A DNA stretch of 63,665 nt, filler included, from Octopus bimaculoides (lineage: Eukaryota), in assembly GCF_001194135.2 (NCBI RefSeq). It is 3 parts of 2 records of this genome, joined end to end, with 100 filler letters (N's around TTAATTAATTAA, not from the genome) between each part and the next. Parts side by side here need not be neighbours in the genome. Positions count along the whole stretch, not along the records: positions 35,178 to 63,665 come from NC_068986.1; 2 more parts are not named here. One strand, 5' to 3'. The position numbers and the translations under genes were made by a program. Shown piece by piece: positions 37,882-49,860 of this stretch; the first letter of the stretch is position 1, and every line of letters starts with the position of its first letter. Below the pieces are notes generated by a model. That model was not told the origin of the DNA and searched no databases. It saw only the letters and a list, made by a program, of their open reading frames with translations.

Positions 37882-38636
37882 ATTATCCCAATTTCTATTA
37901 CTGTTATATTTTTATAATTACTGATATAAGACATAATATGTCATATCTGTTTGTATATTGTTATAATATCCTCTCCATTTTCTTATTGCTATATATTTTT
38001 GTATATTTTTTTATATACATGTTTATATATTTATATTTTTATATATTTATATTTATATATATTTTTATATATATATTTTTTATATTTTTATATATTTATA
38101 TTTATATATATTTATGTATATATATTTTATATTTATATATATATATTATATATACATATCATTTTATATATATATATATATATATATCTTTATATATATA
38201 TATTTATATTTATTTATATTTGTATAATTCAGTTTTGGGGATTAATAGATATGCGGGTATTCTATTTCNNNNNNNNNNNNNNNNNNNNNNNNNNNNNNNN
38301 NNNNNNNNNNNNNNNNNNNNNNNNNNNNNNNNNNNNNNNNNNNNNNNNNNNNNNNNNNNNNNNNNNNNNNNNNNNNNNNNNNNNNNNNNNNNNNNNNNNN
38401 NNNNNNNNNNNNNNNNNNNNNNNNNNNNNNNNNNNNNNNNNNNNNNNNNNNNNNNNNNNNNNNNNNNNNNNNNNNNNNNNNNNNNNNNNNNNNNNNNNNN
38501 NNNNNNNNNNNNNNNNNNNNNNNNNNNNNNNNNNNNNNNNNNNNNNNNNNNNNNNNNNNNNNNNNNNNNNNNNNNNNNNNNNNNNNNNNNNNNNNNNNNN
38601 NNNNNNNNNNNNNNNNNNNNNNNNNNNNNNNNNNNN

Positions 38637-38670
<34 letters not shown>

Positions 38671-38719
38671 GCATATATGCATAAATGTATATATGTAATG
38701 ATGAGATATACAAATCTTC

Positions 38720-39530
38720 CAACACATCTTCAGGTTCTTTTTCAAAATATTGTTAATCTCATTTTACATCAGCTTAAAATTAATGGAAGCTATCAACTGC
38801 TTGTAGCTTTTTCCCCTGGGATGTAACAGAAGCTGTTCTCTGCACATTTGCAGTGTTTATTGCTCCTGAGCATTTGCCAAACAATAACTATCTTGCTAGT
38901 TAGCCTTCCTTTTATATTACTGCACCACTTATGTGTCCATAGCTTACACTGGGTACATCGAATGGAGTTTCTACCTTTGCCTTTTCTACAGATCGAGCAG
39001 GGTCATCTACCTGAAGGGATTTGTGGTTTGTCAGCCTTACTACTTATTAGGACTTTGGTTTTACTAGGTTGACTCTAAAGCCCTTCTAGTTGTTGCTTCT
39101 GCACCTGAAACTTCTCTAGTTCTGATAGTTACTCAGCTATTAGAGCAAGGTCATCAGCATAGAGAAGCTTCCAGGGGCATTGAATTCCTCTCTTATTGCC
39201 TGGTGGACTTTGAAGAATAAAAGGGGGCTGAGGACCTATCCTTGGTGGACCCCTACCTGGAATTCTTCACTGTACTCATTGCCAACCTTCACTTTACTGA
39301 TAGCATCCCTGTCAGGTGTCTAGGTCCTTTGTCATCTCATTTGAAAGGTTGTCCTTCGGTACTTCATCCCATGTCTTCCTGGTTCTCCCTCTTCCACATG
39401 TTCCATCTACTTTAAGAAATAAGCATTCCTTTATGGAGCTGTCAGCATCCATCTGCATCACATGACCAAATCAGTGCAGTCTTCTCTCTTGCACACTGCA
39501 TCTAATTCCTCTTATAATTCGTGTGTGTGT
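38720..39530 (-). mobile_element. RTE-clade LINE fragments (RT motifs 4-7 with Cys-rich insert; separate C-terminal piece)
   Basis: EYSEEFQVGVHQG, LLYADDLALIAE, VNL.KTK, CSICRKG.GRNSIRCTQCKLWTH. 39320-39530 matches the C-terminal piece at 47640-48030. Confidence 0.8.
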
Positions 39531-40039
39531 GTGTGTGATTTACATAGAACACTTAAGTATTTCAATACTAAATAACACATTATTTTTCCTGTAATACGGT
39601 AAGCTATTTAACAGATAGAAAATTGTGCTGACATAGATTTCTGTTTTAATTTTTGTGATGCAGAATTTCTGTTTATTTTTTATTCTTTTGTTATTGAAAG
39701 TTAAATACTAAACTGGCTTTTCTTAGAACATTATGTTTGTTCTTAATGTTCTTTTTGTACGTGTTTACTTATTAGAGATATTTTCTTAGGTCACTTTGAA
39801 TTATATTTTTGGAGATATTGATTTGACTGGTATTTTATACCTTTTTATTTATCTAAATATGCTGGTACAGTAGAAACAATCATTAGTAATGTATGGTGTT
39901 AAAGATGTGATATTCTCCATTCTTATTCTTGCTGTCTTATAATCCAAATTCCTTGACATTCTTCTAATTGGTATTTGGAGTTACTTGTCATACGTGAAGA
40001 ATTACTTTGGATGTTAATTCTACATGCATTTATTGGTAC

Positions 40040-40225
40040 AAACACACACACACACACACACACACATACATATGCAGCAGGCTTCTCTTGGTTTCCATCT
40101 ACCAGATCCACTCACAAAGCTTTGATCAGCCTAGGACTATAGAAGACTCTTGCCCATACACTGGGACTGAACTCAAAACCTCTTGATTGAGAAGCAAGTT
40201 TCTTATCCCACAGTTACACCTGCAC
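40040..40225 (-). mobile_element. SINE family B, 5' half
   Basis: Reverse complement of head, CORE-like segment and ..gatggaaaccaagagaagcc, ending in the internal (TG)n tract. Confidence 0.7.
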
Positions 40226-40380
40226 TTATGTTAAAATAACAATGCACTGGTGATGCACCAGAATAAAGCAAATTAATGCAACAGTAGGAGTAGAATGAGA
40301 GAAATTAAACAAAGAGCAGGGAGTGATGAGAACCAGAAAAGAGGAAGTTTGTGCAGAGTTTAAGGAAGCTAACAATAATT

Positions 40381-40631
40381 ATCATCATCATCATCATCAT
40401 CGTTTAACGTCCGCTTTCCATGCTAGCATGGGTTGGACGATTTGACTGAGGACTGGTGAAACCGGATGGCAACACCAGGCTCCAATCTAAATTTGGCAGA
40501 GTTTCTACAGCTGGATGCCCTTCCTAACGCCAACCACTCAGAGAGTGTAGTAGGTGCTTTTACGTGTCACCCGCACGAAGGCCAGTCAGGCGATACTGGC
40601 AACGGCCACACTCGAAATGGTGTCTTTTATG
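40381..40631 (-). mobile_element. RTE LINE 3' UTR with (GAT)n tail; young, CpG-rich copy running into a gap
   Basis: Reverse: ggttggcgttaggaagggcatccagctgtag..ccatgctagcatggaaagcggacgttaaacgatgatgat; same tail follows the RTE ORF at 46340-46710. Confidence 0.8.
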
Positions 40632-41667
40632 NNNNNNNNNNNNNNNNNNNNNNNNNNNNNNNNNNNNNNNNNNNNNNNNNNNNNNNNNNNNNNNNNNNNN
40701 NNNNNNNNNNNNNNNNNNNNNNNNNNNNNNNNNNNNNNNNNNNNNNNNNNNNNNNNNNNNNNNNNNNNNNNNNNNNNNNNNNNNNNNNNNNNNNNNNNNN
40801 NNNNNNNNNNNNNNNNNNNNNNNNNNNNNNNNNNNNNNNNNNNNNNNNNNNNNNNNNNNNNNNNNNNNNNNNNNNNNNNNNNNNNNNNNNNNNNNNNNNN
40901 NNNNNNNNNNNNNNNNNNNNNNNNNNNNNNNNNNNNNNNNNNNNNNNNNNNNNNNNNNNNNNNNNNNNNNNNNNNNNNNNNNNNNNNNNNNNNNNNNNNN
41001 NNNNNNNNNNNNNNNNNNNNNNNNNNNNNNNNNNNNNNNNNNNNNNNNNNNNNNNNNNNNNNNNNNNNNNNNNNNNNNNNNNNNNNNNNNNNNNNNNNNN
41101 NNNNNNNNNNNNNNNNNNNNNNNNNNNNNNNNNNNNNNNNNNNNNNNNNNNNNNNNNNNNNNNNNNNNNNNNNNNNNNNNNNNNNNNNNNNNNNNNNNNN
41201 NNNNNNNNNNNNNNNNNNNNNNNNNNNNNNNNNNNNNNNNNNNNNNNNNNNNNNNNNNNNNNNNNNNNNNNNNNNNNNNNNNNNNNNNNNNNNNNNNNNN
41301 NNNNNNNNNNNNNNNNNNNNNNNNNNNNNNNNNNNNNNNNNNNNNNNNNNNNNNNNNNNNNNNNNNNNNNNNNNNNNNNNNNNNNNNNNNNNNNNNNNNN
41401 NNNNNNNNNNNNNNNNNNNNNNNNNNNNNNNNNNNNNNNNNNNNNNNNNNNNNNNNNNNNNNNNNNNNNNNNNNNNNNNNNNNNNNNNNNNNNNNNNNNN
41501 NNNNNNNNNNNNNNNNNNNNNNNNNNNNNNNNNNNNNNNNNNNNNNNNNNNNNNNNNNNNNNNNNNNNNNNNNNNNNNNNNNNNNNNAATGTTCGTTTAG
41601 AGTCAAGATTTGACTGCTATTTTTCAGCGTGGCAGTATCTCTTAGATACCCTGTATTATAATTTTAA

Positions 41668-41707
<40 letters not shown>

Positions 41708-41710
<3 letters not shown>

Positions 41711-42015
41711 CATTATCATACTTCCATTTCCCATGCTGGCATGGGTTGGACTGTTTGACTGAAAACTGGTAAGCTGGGAAGCTACACTAGGTTCCAATCT
41801 GATTTGGCATAGTTTCTACAGCTGGATACCCGTCCTAACACCAACCACTCAAAGAGTGTAGCAGGTGCTCTTTTACATGCTACTGGCATGGGTGCCAGTT
41901 ACAAAATACTGGTATCAGCTACGACTATGGTCTCACTTGGCTTGACAGGTCTTCTCAAGCATGGTATATTGCCAAAGGTTTCAGTCACTTATCACTGCTT
42001 CTGTGAGGATATTGT
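41708..42015 (-). mobile_element. RTE 3' UTR fragment
   Basis: ccatgctggcatgggttggac..tttctacagctggatacccgtcctaacaccaaccactc. Confidence 0.75.
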
Positions 42016-42094
42016 GGCTATTTGATTTTGACTCTTATTTCTAGCAATACTGGTGCTGAATAGCACCCTCAGTCACTTTAGTGACATATATACT

Positions 42095-42330
42095 TTTGCC
42101 TTTCGGTTGAAAATTTGCTATCTTAACCACGTTTTTGAGTTCAGACCTACATGGGACCTTGAGCAAATGTTTCCTGCTACAATCCCAGGTCAACCAAATC
42201 TTTGTGAAGGAATTTATTTGATGGAAAATGAAAGAAGCGCACCATACGTACGTACATACATACATACATACATACATACGTGTGTGTATGTGTGTGTGTG
42301 TGTGTGTATACATACGTGTGTGTGTGTATA
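42095..42330 (+). mobile_element. SINE family B, 5' half, diverged
   Basis: accttgagcaaatgtttcctgctac..gatggaaaatgaaagaagc then a microsatellite. Confidence 0.6.
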
Positions 42331-42394
42331 CATACATATATGTGTGTATATTTGTGTGTATTACTCTCTCCTTGCCTTGACATTGTTATAATTG

Positions 42395-42580
42395 TAACCA
42401 AGTGTTACCATCTTGCAAGTAGTGTCCTTCAGTTCCGATCTTCTAATCATTTTACTTTGAAACTTGTGAGTGTTGGCAACAGGAAGGGTATCCGGCTGTA
42501 AAACATCCACATCAAGTAATTCCATCTGACCCACATGAGTATGGAACAGTGAACATTAAGCAATGTTGATGATGATGAAT
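42395..42580 (-). mobile_element. RTE-related 3' tail fragment
   Basis: Contains gtgttggcaacaggaagggtatccggctgtaaaa..acccacatgagtatggaacagtgaacattaa..gatgatgat. The motif reads on the plus strand, so the strand call is uncertain. Confidence 0.4.
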
Positions 42581-42597
42581 GTATATATATGTATTTA

Positions 42598-42630
<33 letters not shown>

Positions 42631-42638
42631 GTGTATGT

Positions 42639-42701
<63 letters not shown>

Positions 42702-42789
42702 AGGATATGTAAAATATCAAATTCAATCAATTCATGATAGGAGTAATAATTTCAGTTTGATAAACCTAATGAATACAATTATGGCCCTA

Positions 42790-43130
42790 AGTATAATTTC
42801 AAAGGCCCTAGTAATTGTCTGATGAATGGAGTTCTTTATAGGACTAAAGTCCAGATCGATAGTAGCCCTACACATAAAACTACACCAGAGTCAAAAAGAA
42901 GACAATTTCAAAACAATTTCAAAACAAGGTTTTATGTTCAGAAGAATTCCTTTAAATTGTTGGGAAACAGATCACCAATGAGTTTATCAAAAGAAACTGA
43001 TTTTTCTCATTTCAAAATCCAAATATCTATCTCGGAAAGAGCAAGCCTATACAGAAATAGATCCTACTACAATTTTATTTGTTTAAATTGATTCTTAACT
43101 TCTTTAGATGCTGAATTGTCTGTACTGATT
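42790..43130 (+). mobile_element. Penelope-like GIY-YIG endonuclease fragment
   Basis: NCLMNGVLYRTKV..NNFKTRFYVQKNSF..SLSK..ISERASLYRNRSYYNFICL parallels the EN at 15890-16200. Confidence 0.55.
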
Positions 43131-43282
43131 ACATTCTATTAAAACCTGTGTGCTAATTGTACTAATTTAGGAAGCATAGTATGCCATGTTCCATTAATGT
43201 CATTCCTTTAGGTACAATTTCCCATCTGTTATTCCAGAAATTAATTGAATATTTCAGATTTTGATTAGATGCAGGCATGCAT

Positions 43283-43313
<31 letters not shown>

Positions 43314-43919
43314 TAAATAAATAAAAAACAGAGACGCAAATTTTTTCATCAGAATTAAGTTACATGTATTTGTGTCCAATATGAACTGCAATGTCTTTGT
43401 TGTATACTCTCTAGCATGTGTCATCTTAACATACTATAATCTCTACTTTTCCATGAGCAACTACTAAATTTAGACACATTTTTCTAAGACCTAGTTTCAG
43501 TGTCCTTGTTCATTGTACTACAAACTTGTTGAATGCTTGTTCTGAGAAAATGAACAGACATAGTCAATAGTTCAATAAATCCACCTGCAATAAACAGCTG
43601 TGCAATTCATTTTTTCTAAATCAGTAAATTTTTCGTCAAAATTATTCCCTTAGTTGGTTATATTTTTAAAGTTATCTGATTGATTGAGAACTAGATATTT
43701 GTGGGTGTGGCTGTTTATATGTTTTATAATTTCTATGTTGGATTCTGATATTTTTTTTGTAGTGTTTATCTATGATTCTATTTTAGGTTTTTTTTTTTTT
43801 TCCAAGGGGTTCTCTTTTCATTTATTTCATACTTTCCTGGGTTGAACTGATTTTGATATTCAATTAGATGAAGATAGTTTTTTGGTGAGAAGTATGACAT
43901 AGCCTGTTAATTTAATGAT

Positions 43920-44150
43920 ATAGGGTAAATACTTTGCATAAATGGCACCTTAAGGATGAAGGAACCCCATACAAAATTAAATTGAGGATAATAGAACAGC
44001 TGGGTCCTACATAAATGGGAGTGGACAATGCAAGCTTTGCATAACAAAGTGAATAAGGATCCTTCAAGACTCCCTTGAATCAGTTCTCTCATAAATTCTA
44101 GATGTGAGATCTATAGTCCCTGCTCCCATTTCAAATGCTACCTGCTGCAA
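43920..44150 (+). mobile_element. Penelope-like EN C-terminal fragment
   Basis: WHLKDEGTPYKIKLRIIEQ..YINGSGQCKLCITK is equivalent to WELKD..Y.IKW.I..Y.N....C.LC..EK. Confidence 0.65.
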
Positions 44151-44489
44151 GCATGAGATTCCCCATTCGTCAATTAGACCTGGAAAAGTCCTCACAGGCT
44201 GGATAGATCCTAAGGGTAGAGATTCCCTGTTTACCCTTTAAACCCATAAGATTTGCCAACTGACTAGTCTAAGAAAGATAACTCATCTTGGCTGAACCTC
44301 AAATGGTATTCTATTTTTTTGTTTGCAAATTAACTGACTTGTAACGGATTTCTACCTCCTGTTTGAAGAGAGGTTATATACCCTCTGCCTTCAGAGTCCG
44401 ACAAGACATATATTTAACTGCTTGTAAATACATTACTGCTCTATATTTTAGAGTGTGCTTTTTTTTTTCGGATATACGATCCACTGGCG

Positions 44490-44703
44490 ATGTATATTTT
44501 ACTTGTTTCAACCATGAGACTATGGCCATGCTGGGACATTGCCTTGAAGAGTCTTTTCAGTCAGATGTATTGACCCTAGTACTTACTTTTTATAAACAGG
44601 GTATTTATTTTATCGATCTCTTTTGCCAAACTGGTAAGTTACGGGGATGTAAATACACTAGTACCGATTGTGAGGTGGGGGGCAAACAGACACACACACT
44701 CAC

Positions 44704-44752
<49 letters not shown>

Positions 44753-45003
44753 TATATATATACATATATACGACAGGCTTCTCTTAGTTTCCATCTATCA
44801 AATCCACTCATAAGGCTTTGGTCAGCTCAAGGTTATAGTAGAAGACACTTGCCCAAGGTGCCATGCAGCGGGACTGAACCNNNNNNNNNNTCAGCTCAAG
44901 GTTATAGTAGAAGACACTTGCCCAAGGTGCCATGCAGCGGGACTGAACCTGGGACCATGTGGTTGGGAAGTAAGCTTCTTACCATACAGCCACGCCTGCA
45001 CCT
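44490..45003 (-). mobile_element. SINE family B, full length, with a duplicated 59-bp stretch across a 10-N gap
   Basis: Head gcaggcgtggctgtatggtaagaagc, CORE-like, internal (TA)(TG) tract, tail gtcccagcatggccatagtc..tgaaacaagtaaaa. Confidence 0.85.
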
Positions 45004-45094
45004 TAATATATATATGTACATAGTAGCATTGTAGTTACCTGCTATAAGGGTAAAAGTGATGCATTAGAAACAACTACAGAGGTATTAAACTACT

Positions 45095-46710
45095 AGACCA
45101 AGTCATGAAAATTACTGAGAGGGTTATAGCTCAATTGATTAGAAACTAGAATTAAACTAGATGAGATGCAGTTTGGTTTTGTACCTGGGAAGGGTATCAC
45201 AGATGCCAACTTCCTAGTGAGACAGCTACAGGAAAAGTACTTGGCCAAAAGCAAGCCATTGTACTTAGTCTTTGTCGACCTGGAGAAAGCTTTCAACAGA
45301 GTTCCCTGCTCTGTTATATGGTGGTCTCTAAGGAAGTTAGGAGTAGAGGAGTGGTTTGTTAGAGCTGTCCAAGCCATGTACAGTGGTGCTGTCAGTAAGG
45401 TGAGAGTCAGCCATGAATACAGTGATGAATTTTGCATTCAGGTTGGGGTTCACCAGTGCTCAGTTCTTAATATAATTATTCATTATAGTCCTCCAGGCCA
45501 TGATAGAGGAATTCAAAACTAGATGCCCGTGGGAACTACTATATGCTGATGACCTTGCTCTTATTGCAGAATCTTTAGCAGAATTGGAGAAGAAATTTCA
45601 AGTATGGAAACAAAGCCTGGAATCAAAGAGCCTCAAAAAGTTAACCTAGCTAAGACAAAAGTGGTCGTTAGTAAGAAAGAAGAAAAAACTCTCTTTCTGG
45701 TCCATATGTAGGAAAGGAGTTGGAAGAAATTCCATTTGCTGCACTCAGTGTAAACTATGGGCACATAAGAGATGCAGTGGTATCACAAGTAGATAAACAG
45801 ATAGTTGTCTTTGTATGTGGCAGATGTGAAGGAACAGTAAGCACTAACAGCACACAGGAATTAGATTCTCTCAAATGCCCAGGAAGCTCTCTCGAGGTTG
45901 TAGGTAGTTTCTGTTACGTAGGTGACCAAATTAGCAATGGTGGAGGATACTCTGAAAGTATTGCCTCTAGAATAGGAATTGGTGTGGAGGAAGTTTGGAG
46001 AGCTATTACCTCTTTTAGCAACAAAAGGCCTCTCTCTCTCAGAATGAAAGGTAGACTATATGATGCTTGTGTACAAACGGCTATACTCCATGGTAGTGAG
46101 ACATGGGCACTGAATGCTGAAGACATGTGTAGATTGGAGAGAAACGAAAGTAGCATTCTGCCACCATCTCTATCCTGTGGTCTCTCCCCCTCCCCCCTTT
46201 CTCTCTCTTTCTCTCCCCTGTGCTTCACTCATGTATTTTCTTTGTGGTAGCACACCTGCTTCTGTCTTCATTTCTGATCTTTCTCTATAGTAAGACACCT
46301 TTATCTGTCTCACTATAACCTTTTTATCATCACCTCCCCTCTTAAAAGCTTTTGTCTTGCAAGTACTTGGTGACCCTGTCAGTGCAGGTGCCACCTAAAA
46401 GCATCCAGTCCACACTGTAAAGGTACTGGTGTTAGGAAGGGCATCCAGCTGTAAAAACCTTGCCAAAACTGCCCTTGCCTGTGCTTGTGCCATGTAAAAA
46501 GCACTACTCACCTCGCCCGTGCTTGTGCCACATAAAAAACACTAGGTCCACTTTGCTGTGTGGTTCGTGTTAGGAAGGGCATCCAGCTGTAAAAATCCTG
46601 CCAAAAGTGTCACAAAAGTCTGGTGCAGGCTTTGGCCTGGCCGGCACTTGTGCTGCTGTCCCACCCATGCTAGCATGGAACACAGATGTTAAATGATTAT
46701 GATGATGAGA
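45095..46710 (+). mobile_element. RTE-clade LINE, 5'-truncated, with RT, PHD-like Cys insert and 3' UTR
   Basis: QFGFVPGKGITDANF..QLQEKY..FVDLEKAFNRVP, VGVHQCSVL, LLYADDL, KTK, SICRKGVGRNSICCTQCKLWAHKRC..FVCGRC, LHGSETW; tail gttaggaagggcatccagctgta (twice) ..ccatgctagcatggaa..atgatgatg. Confidence 0.9.
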
Positions 46711-46817
46711 AATATATGGAGATTTATTTGAATTACAATTAAAGCATTTAACTGATTTAATATTTGTATGATTTTCAAGAATGTAAGTTTTGGAGAATGG
46801 GGAGCTTTGTTACAAAC

Positions 46818-46866
<49 letters not shown>

Positions 46867-47639
46867 CTTTCCATTTCCTCCTTTTTATAATGTTTTGTTT
46901 TCAACTAATGACCTTCAACATTTAATATGAAATTGAAGATAAGCCAGCAATAGGTTCTGCCTGTATGAATAGCAATGTGGATTATACACACAAATTTAAT
47001 TCAATGCAATTGATAAGGTATTTAATCCTTAAAGACCACTAGCTGCATGAGTCACTTAGGAAATCAAATAAGTCTTGGTTAAATACAGTCCTAACAATTA
47101 AAATGAATGAACAAGTTTCCAAAGATGTCATTTCTATTCACAGCATATCTGCAATTTATATGTAAAAAGCACTATATGTAACTGTAAGAGTTGGTACTAT
47201 GTTAGTGGGAGCCTTGTAGGTCTATGAAAGAATTAAGGCATTTGATAAATGTTGGTTGATCAAATACTTACAAGCCAAACTTCATTTGCTTTTGACTAAA
47301 AACACATTGTATACCTTGTCATCTGAGGTTCATTATGTCACGACCAAGTGGAAGCTATTTATATGTAAGAAAAATTTCGATTGATGGCTGTGATAGAGAC
47401 AAGTAGCATGAACTTGATTGGTGAATAAAAAATGACACAGTGGTACCAGGCCAAGAGGACAAGACTGAGGAGTGGGAGGTAATCATAGTACATGAATTGA
47501 AAATGTGAGGAAGAGAAGGGATGTAGAGATGTAGTTTGGTTTGTTGTGGTAGAGTGTGTGAGAAGTTTTCTTGTGGGTGAGACACACAGTGCTTCTAGAA
47601 CTCAGTTTCACTGATGTGGGCGGGTCTTCTCAAGAACTT

Positions 47640-48030
47640 CATATCACCAGACATCTAGGTCCATGGTCATTTCCTCTGTGAGGTCCAATTTCCTGAGATC
47701 ACTCCTTACTACTTCATCCCATGCCTTCCTGGGTCTCCCTCTTCCACGGGTACCATCCACTTTCAGTGATCGGTACTTCTTTATGCAGCTGTCCTCGTTC
47801 ATATGCATCACATGTCCAAACCAACATAGTCTTCTCTCTTGCATGCTACATTTGATTCCTCTTATATCCAGCTTTTCTCTCAATACATTTGCACTTTGCC
47901 GTACATGTGCACTGATGTTGCACATCCAACAAAGCATACTACCTTCGTTTCTCTCCAGTCTACACATGTCTTCAGCATTCAGATCCCATGTCTCACTACC
48001 ATGGAGTATAGCCGTTTGTACACAAGCATC
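47640..48030 (-). mobile_element. RTE LINE C-terminal fragment
   Basis: RLERNEGSMLCWMCNIS..LREKLDIRGI..ERRLCWFGHVMHM..GTRGRGRPRKAWDEVVRSDL. Confidence 0.9.
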
Positions 48031-49639
48031 ATATAGTCTACCTTTTTTTTACCATTCTTGGTATTTTCTGCTTTTTCATTTATATTTTGTCCCCGAAAAA
48101 TAATAATGCCTCCCCCGCTTTTTTTTTTTTTCTTTTTTAATGCGTAATATAATCTCAAAATTGTTCAGCTTTCTTGAACAATAATAAACTGTTTCTCTTT
48201 CACGATTACATAATCTCTTAGGAAATTGATAAGAAGGGAAAGAACTCTGTAAAAGTTAAGATAACTGTTAAGATTTTTTTTCCTGATATTTATTCACGAA
48301 ACCTAATTCACTATCTTTGCTATTACCCCCTCTTCCACTATCTTCTGAACTACTATTATAAACCAGTCTTCAAGGATACATAATTCATTGCTTTGCAAAG
48401 TTATTCCCCTTTATATTGATTACCACGAATTTAATGCAAGTCCTCCAGTAGTCTGTGATCAGGAACTATAAGCACAAGTAGGCACTCCACTTGCTAAAAG
48501 TAGCAACCAGATCTCTCTCAAAATACACCTTCCCATGAAAAAAAGTATATACATTGGATAATGTAATCTGAGATAAGCTATGTCTCAGAAATATAGGATA
48601 GTTATTATCTAGAATGCTTTTAATCATAGGTCCCCTCCCACCACACCAAGACTAACAGGAGTTAAACAACGAATGTACACTTCAACTATTTTGATATGCA
48701 AAAATTCTAGTTTTGAAATGATTCTAGTCAGATTTGTAATTACCACTACACATATGATCAACGAAAGTCTTTATTAAGCTATTGACAAATATTTAATAAC
48801 CTTTATATTGTGTGTTGCTTGTAACTACTACAATACAGTTCTCGAACTTGGGTACACATATATTCTTATGGACATGTAAGTGGTATTGCAGAGTATACAA
48901 ACTTTGTAAAAAGGGCTGCAACAATGAAATAATCACAACCAACTAAACACCTCTTGTGTAATTTAGAAAATGTGTTGAAAGCTTTTTAATGTTCCCATCC
49001 ACTTATTATAAACAAGGGTTTTCAGCAATGTTATAATGAAAAAAAGATTTCATGCAAGACTGTCAACTGGGAATTATTTGTAGGTGCGCCTCTCTGAAAC
49101 TGTACTTAGAATTGAGTTGCTTGTTAGAAAGAGCCAAGCTGATTAAAGATGTAACATTAAATTTAACAAAAGCAATTTCTTATTGTTGTGGCGAGAGTCA
49201 TGACCATCTCTGTGAGAATAGACTTGAGTGAATGACTATAAATAGTTGCAGTCTGAGTGAGAGGAAGTCATAAGGTGTCATTTTGATAGTTTGTTGGAAT
49301 ATTGTTTGTTGGTTCATGTATAGTTCGTGGAGAGTTTGTTGGATTGTTACATTGTTGTTACCCTGCTTTGTTATATATTTTTTTGTTACTACGCTGTTAC
49401 AGTGTAAACAAGTATTGTCATAACAAATGGCAATACTACAATAAATTGGTAATGAGTAACTACGTTACAATACTTATAAAGGCACAAAACCAAAAATTTT
49501 GGAAGAGAGAGCAGTCAATAAATGACTCCAGTATTTGGCTGGTACTTCATTTTATCAACCCCAAGAAAATGAAAGACAAAGTTAGCCATATCAGGAATTA
49601 AACACTTTAAATTAATAACAAATAATAAATGTATGTTGT

Positions 49640-49860
49640 TGCAGGTGATGAACTGGCAGAATCGTTAGTATGCTAAGCAAAATGCTTCATGGTATTTCGT
49701 CTGTCTCCACGTTCTGAATTCAAATTCTGTCAAGGTCAACTTCACCTTTCATTCTTTTCGGTTCAATAAAATAAGTACCAGTTGAGCACTGGGGTCAATG
49801 TAATTTACTTACTCCTCCCCTAAATTGCTGGCCTTGTGCCCAAATTTGAAATCAATAAAT
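49640..49860 (+). mobile_element. SINE family A (alternative tail), CpG-decayed
   Basis: ggtgatgaactggcagaatcgttag..aaattgctggccttgtgcccaaatttgaaatc. Confidence 0.8.

Larger units (their letters stand above)
36775..37968. mobile_element. 5'-truncated Penelope-like insertion with an inverted pair of pseudo-LTRs
   Basis: About 36775-37160 and 37525-37968 are inverted copies with high identity by eye; each carries a hammerhead fold; the minus-strand spacer encodes KSSTPNTTNK, similar to the PLE EN C-terminus TSSYNTTNKRC at about 16155. Confidence 0.7.

Noticed and set aside
43484-43584. Possible minus-strand terminal exon (TTTATTGCAG acceptor, GFIELLTMSVHFLRTSIQQVCSTMNKDTETRS*)
   Set aside because: Only 33 codons, no homology, and it lies between PLE fragments; not distinguishable from chance.
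44375-44410. TTGAAGA-GAGG..CCTC hairpin downstream of a PLE fragment, a possible hammerhead
   Set aside because: First core base altered and the GAAA box absent; at best a dead remnant.
44822-44949. 59-bp direct repeat within a SINE
   Set aside because: Identical copies on either side of a 10-N gap; assembly overlap.
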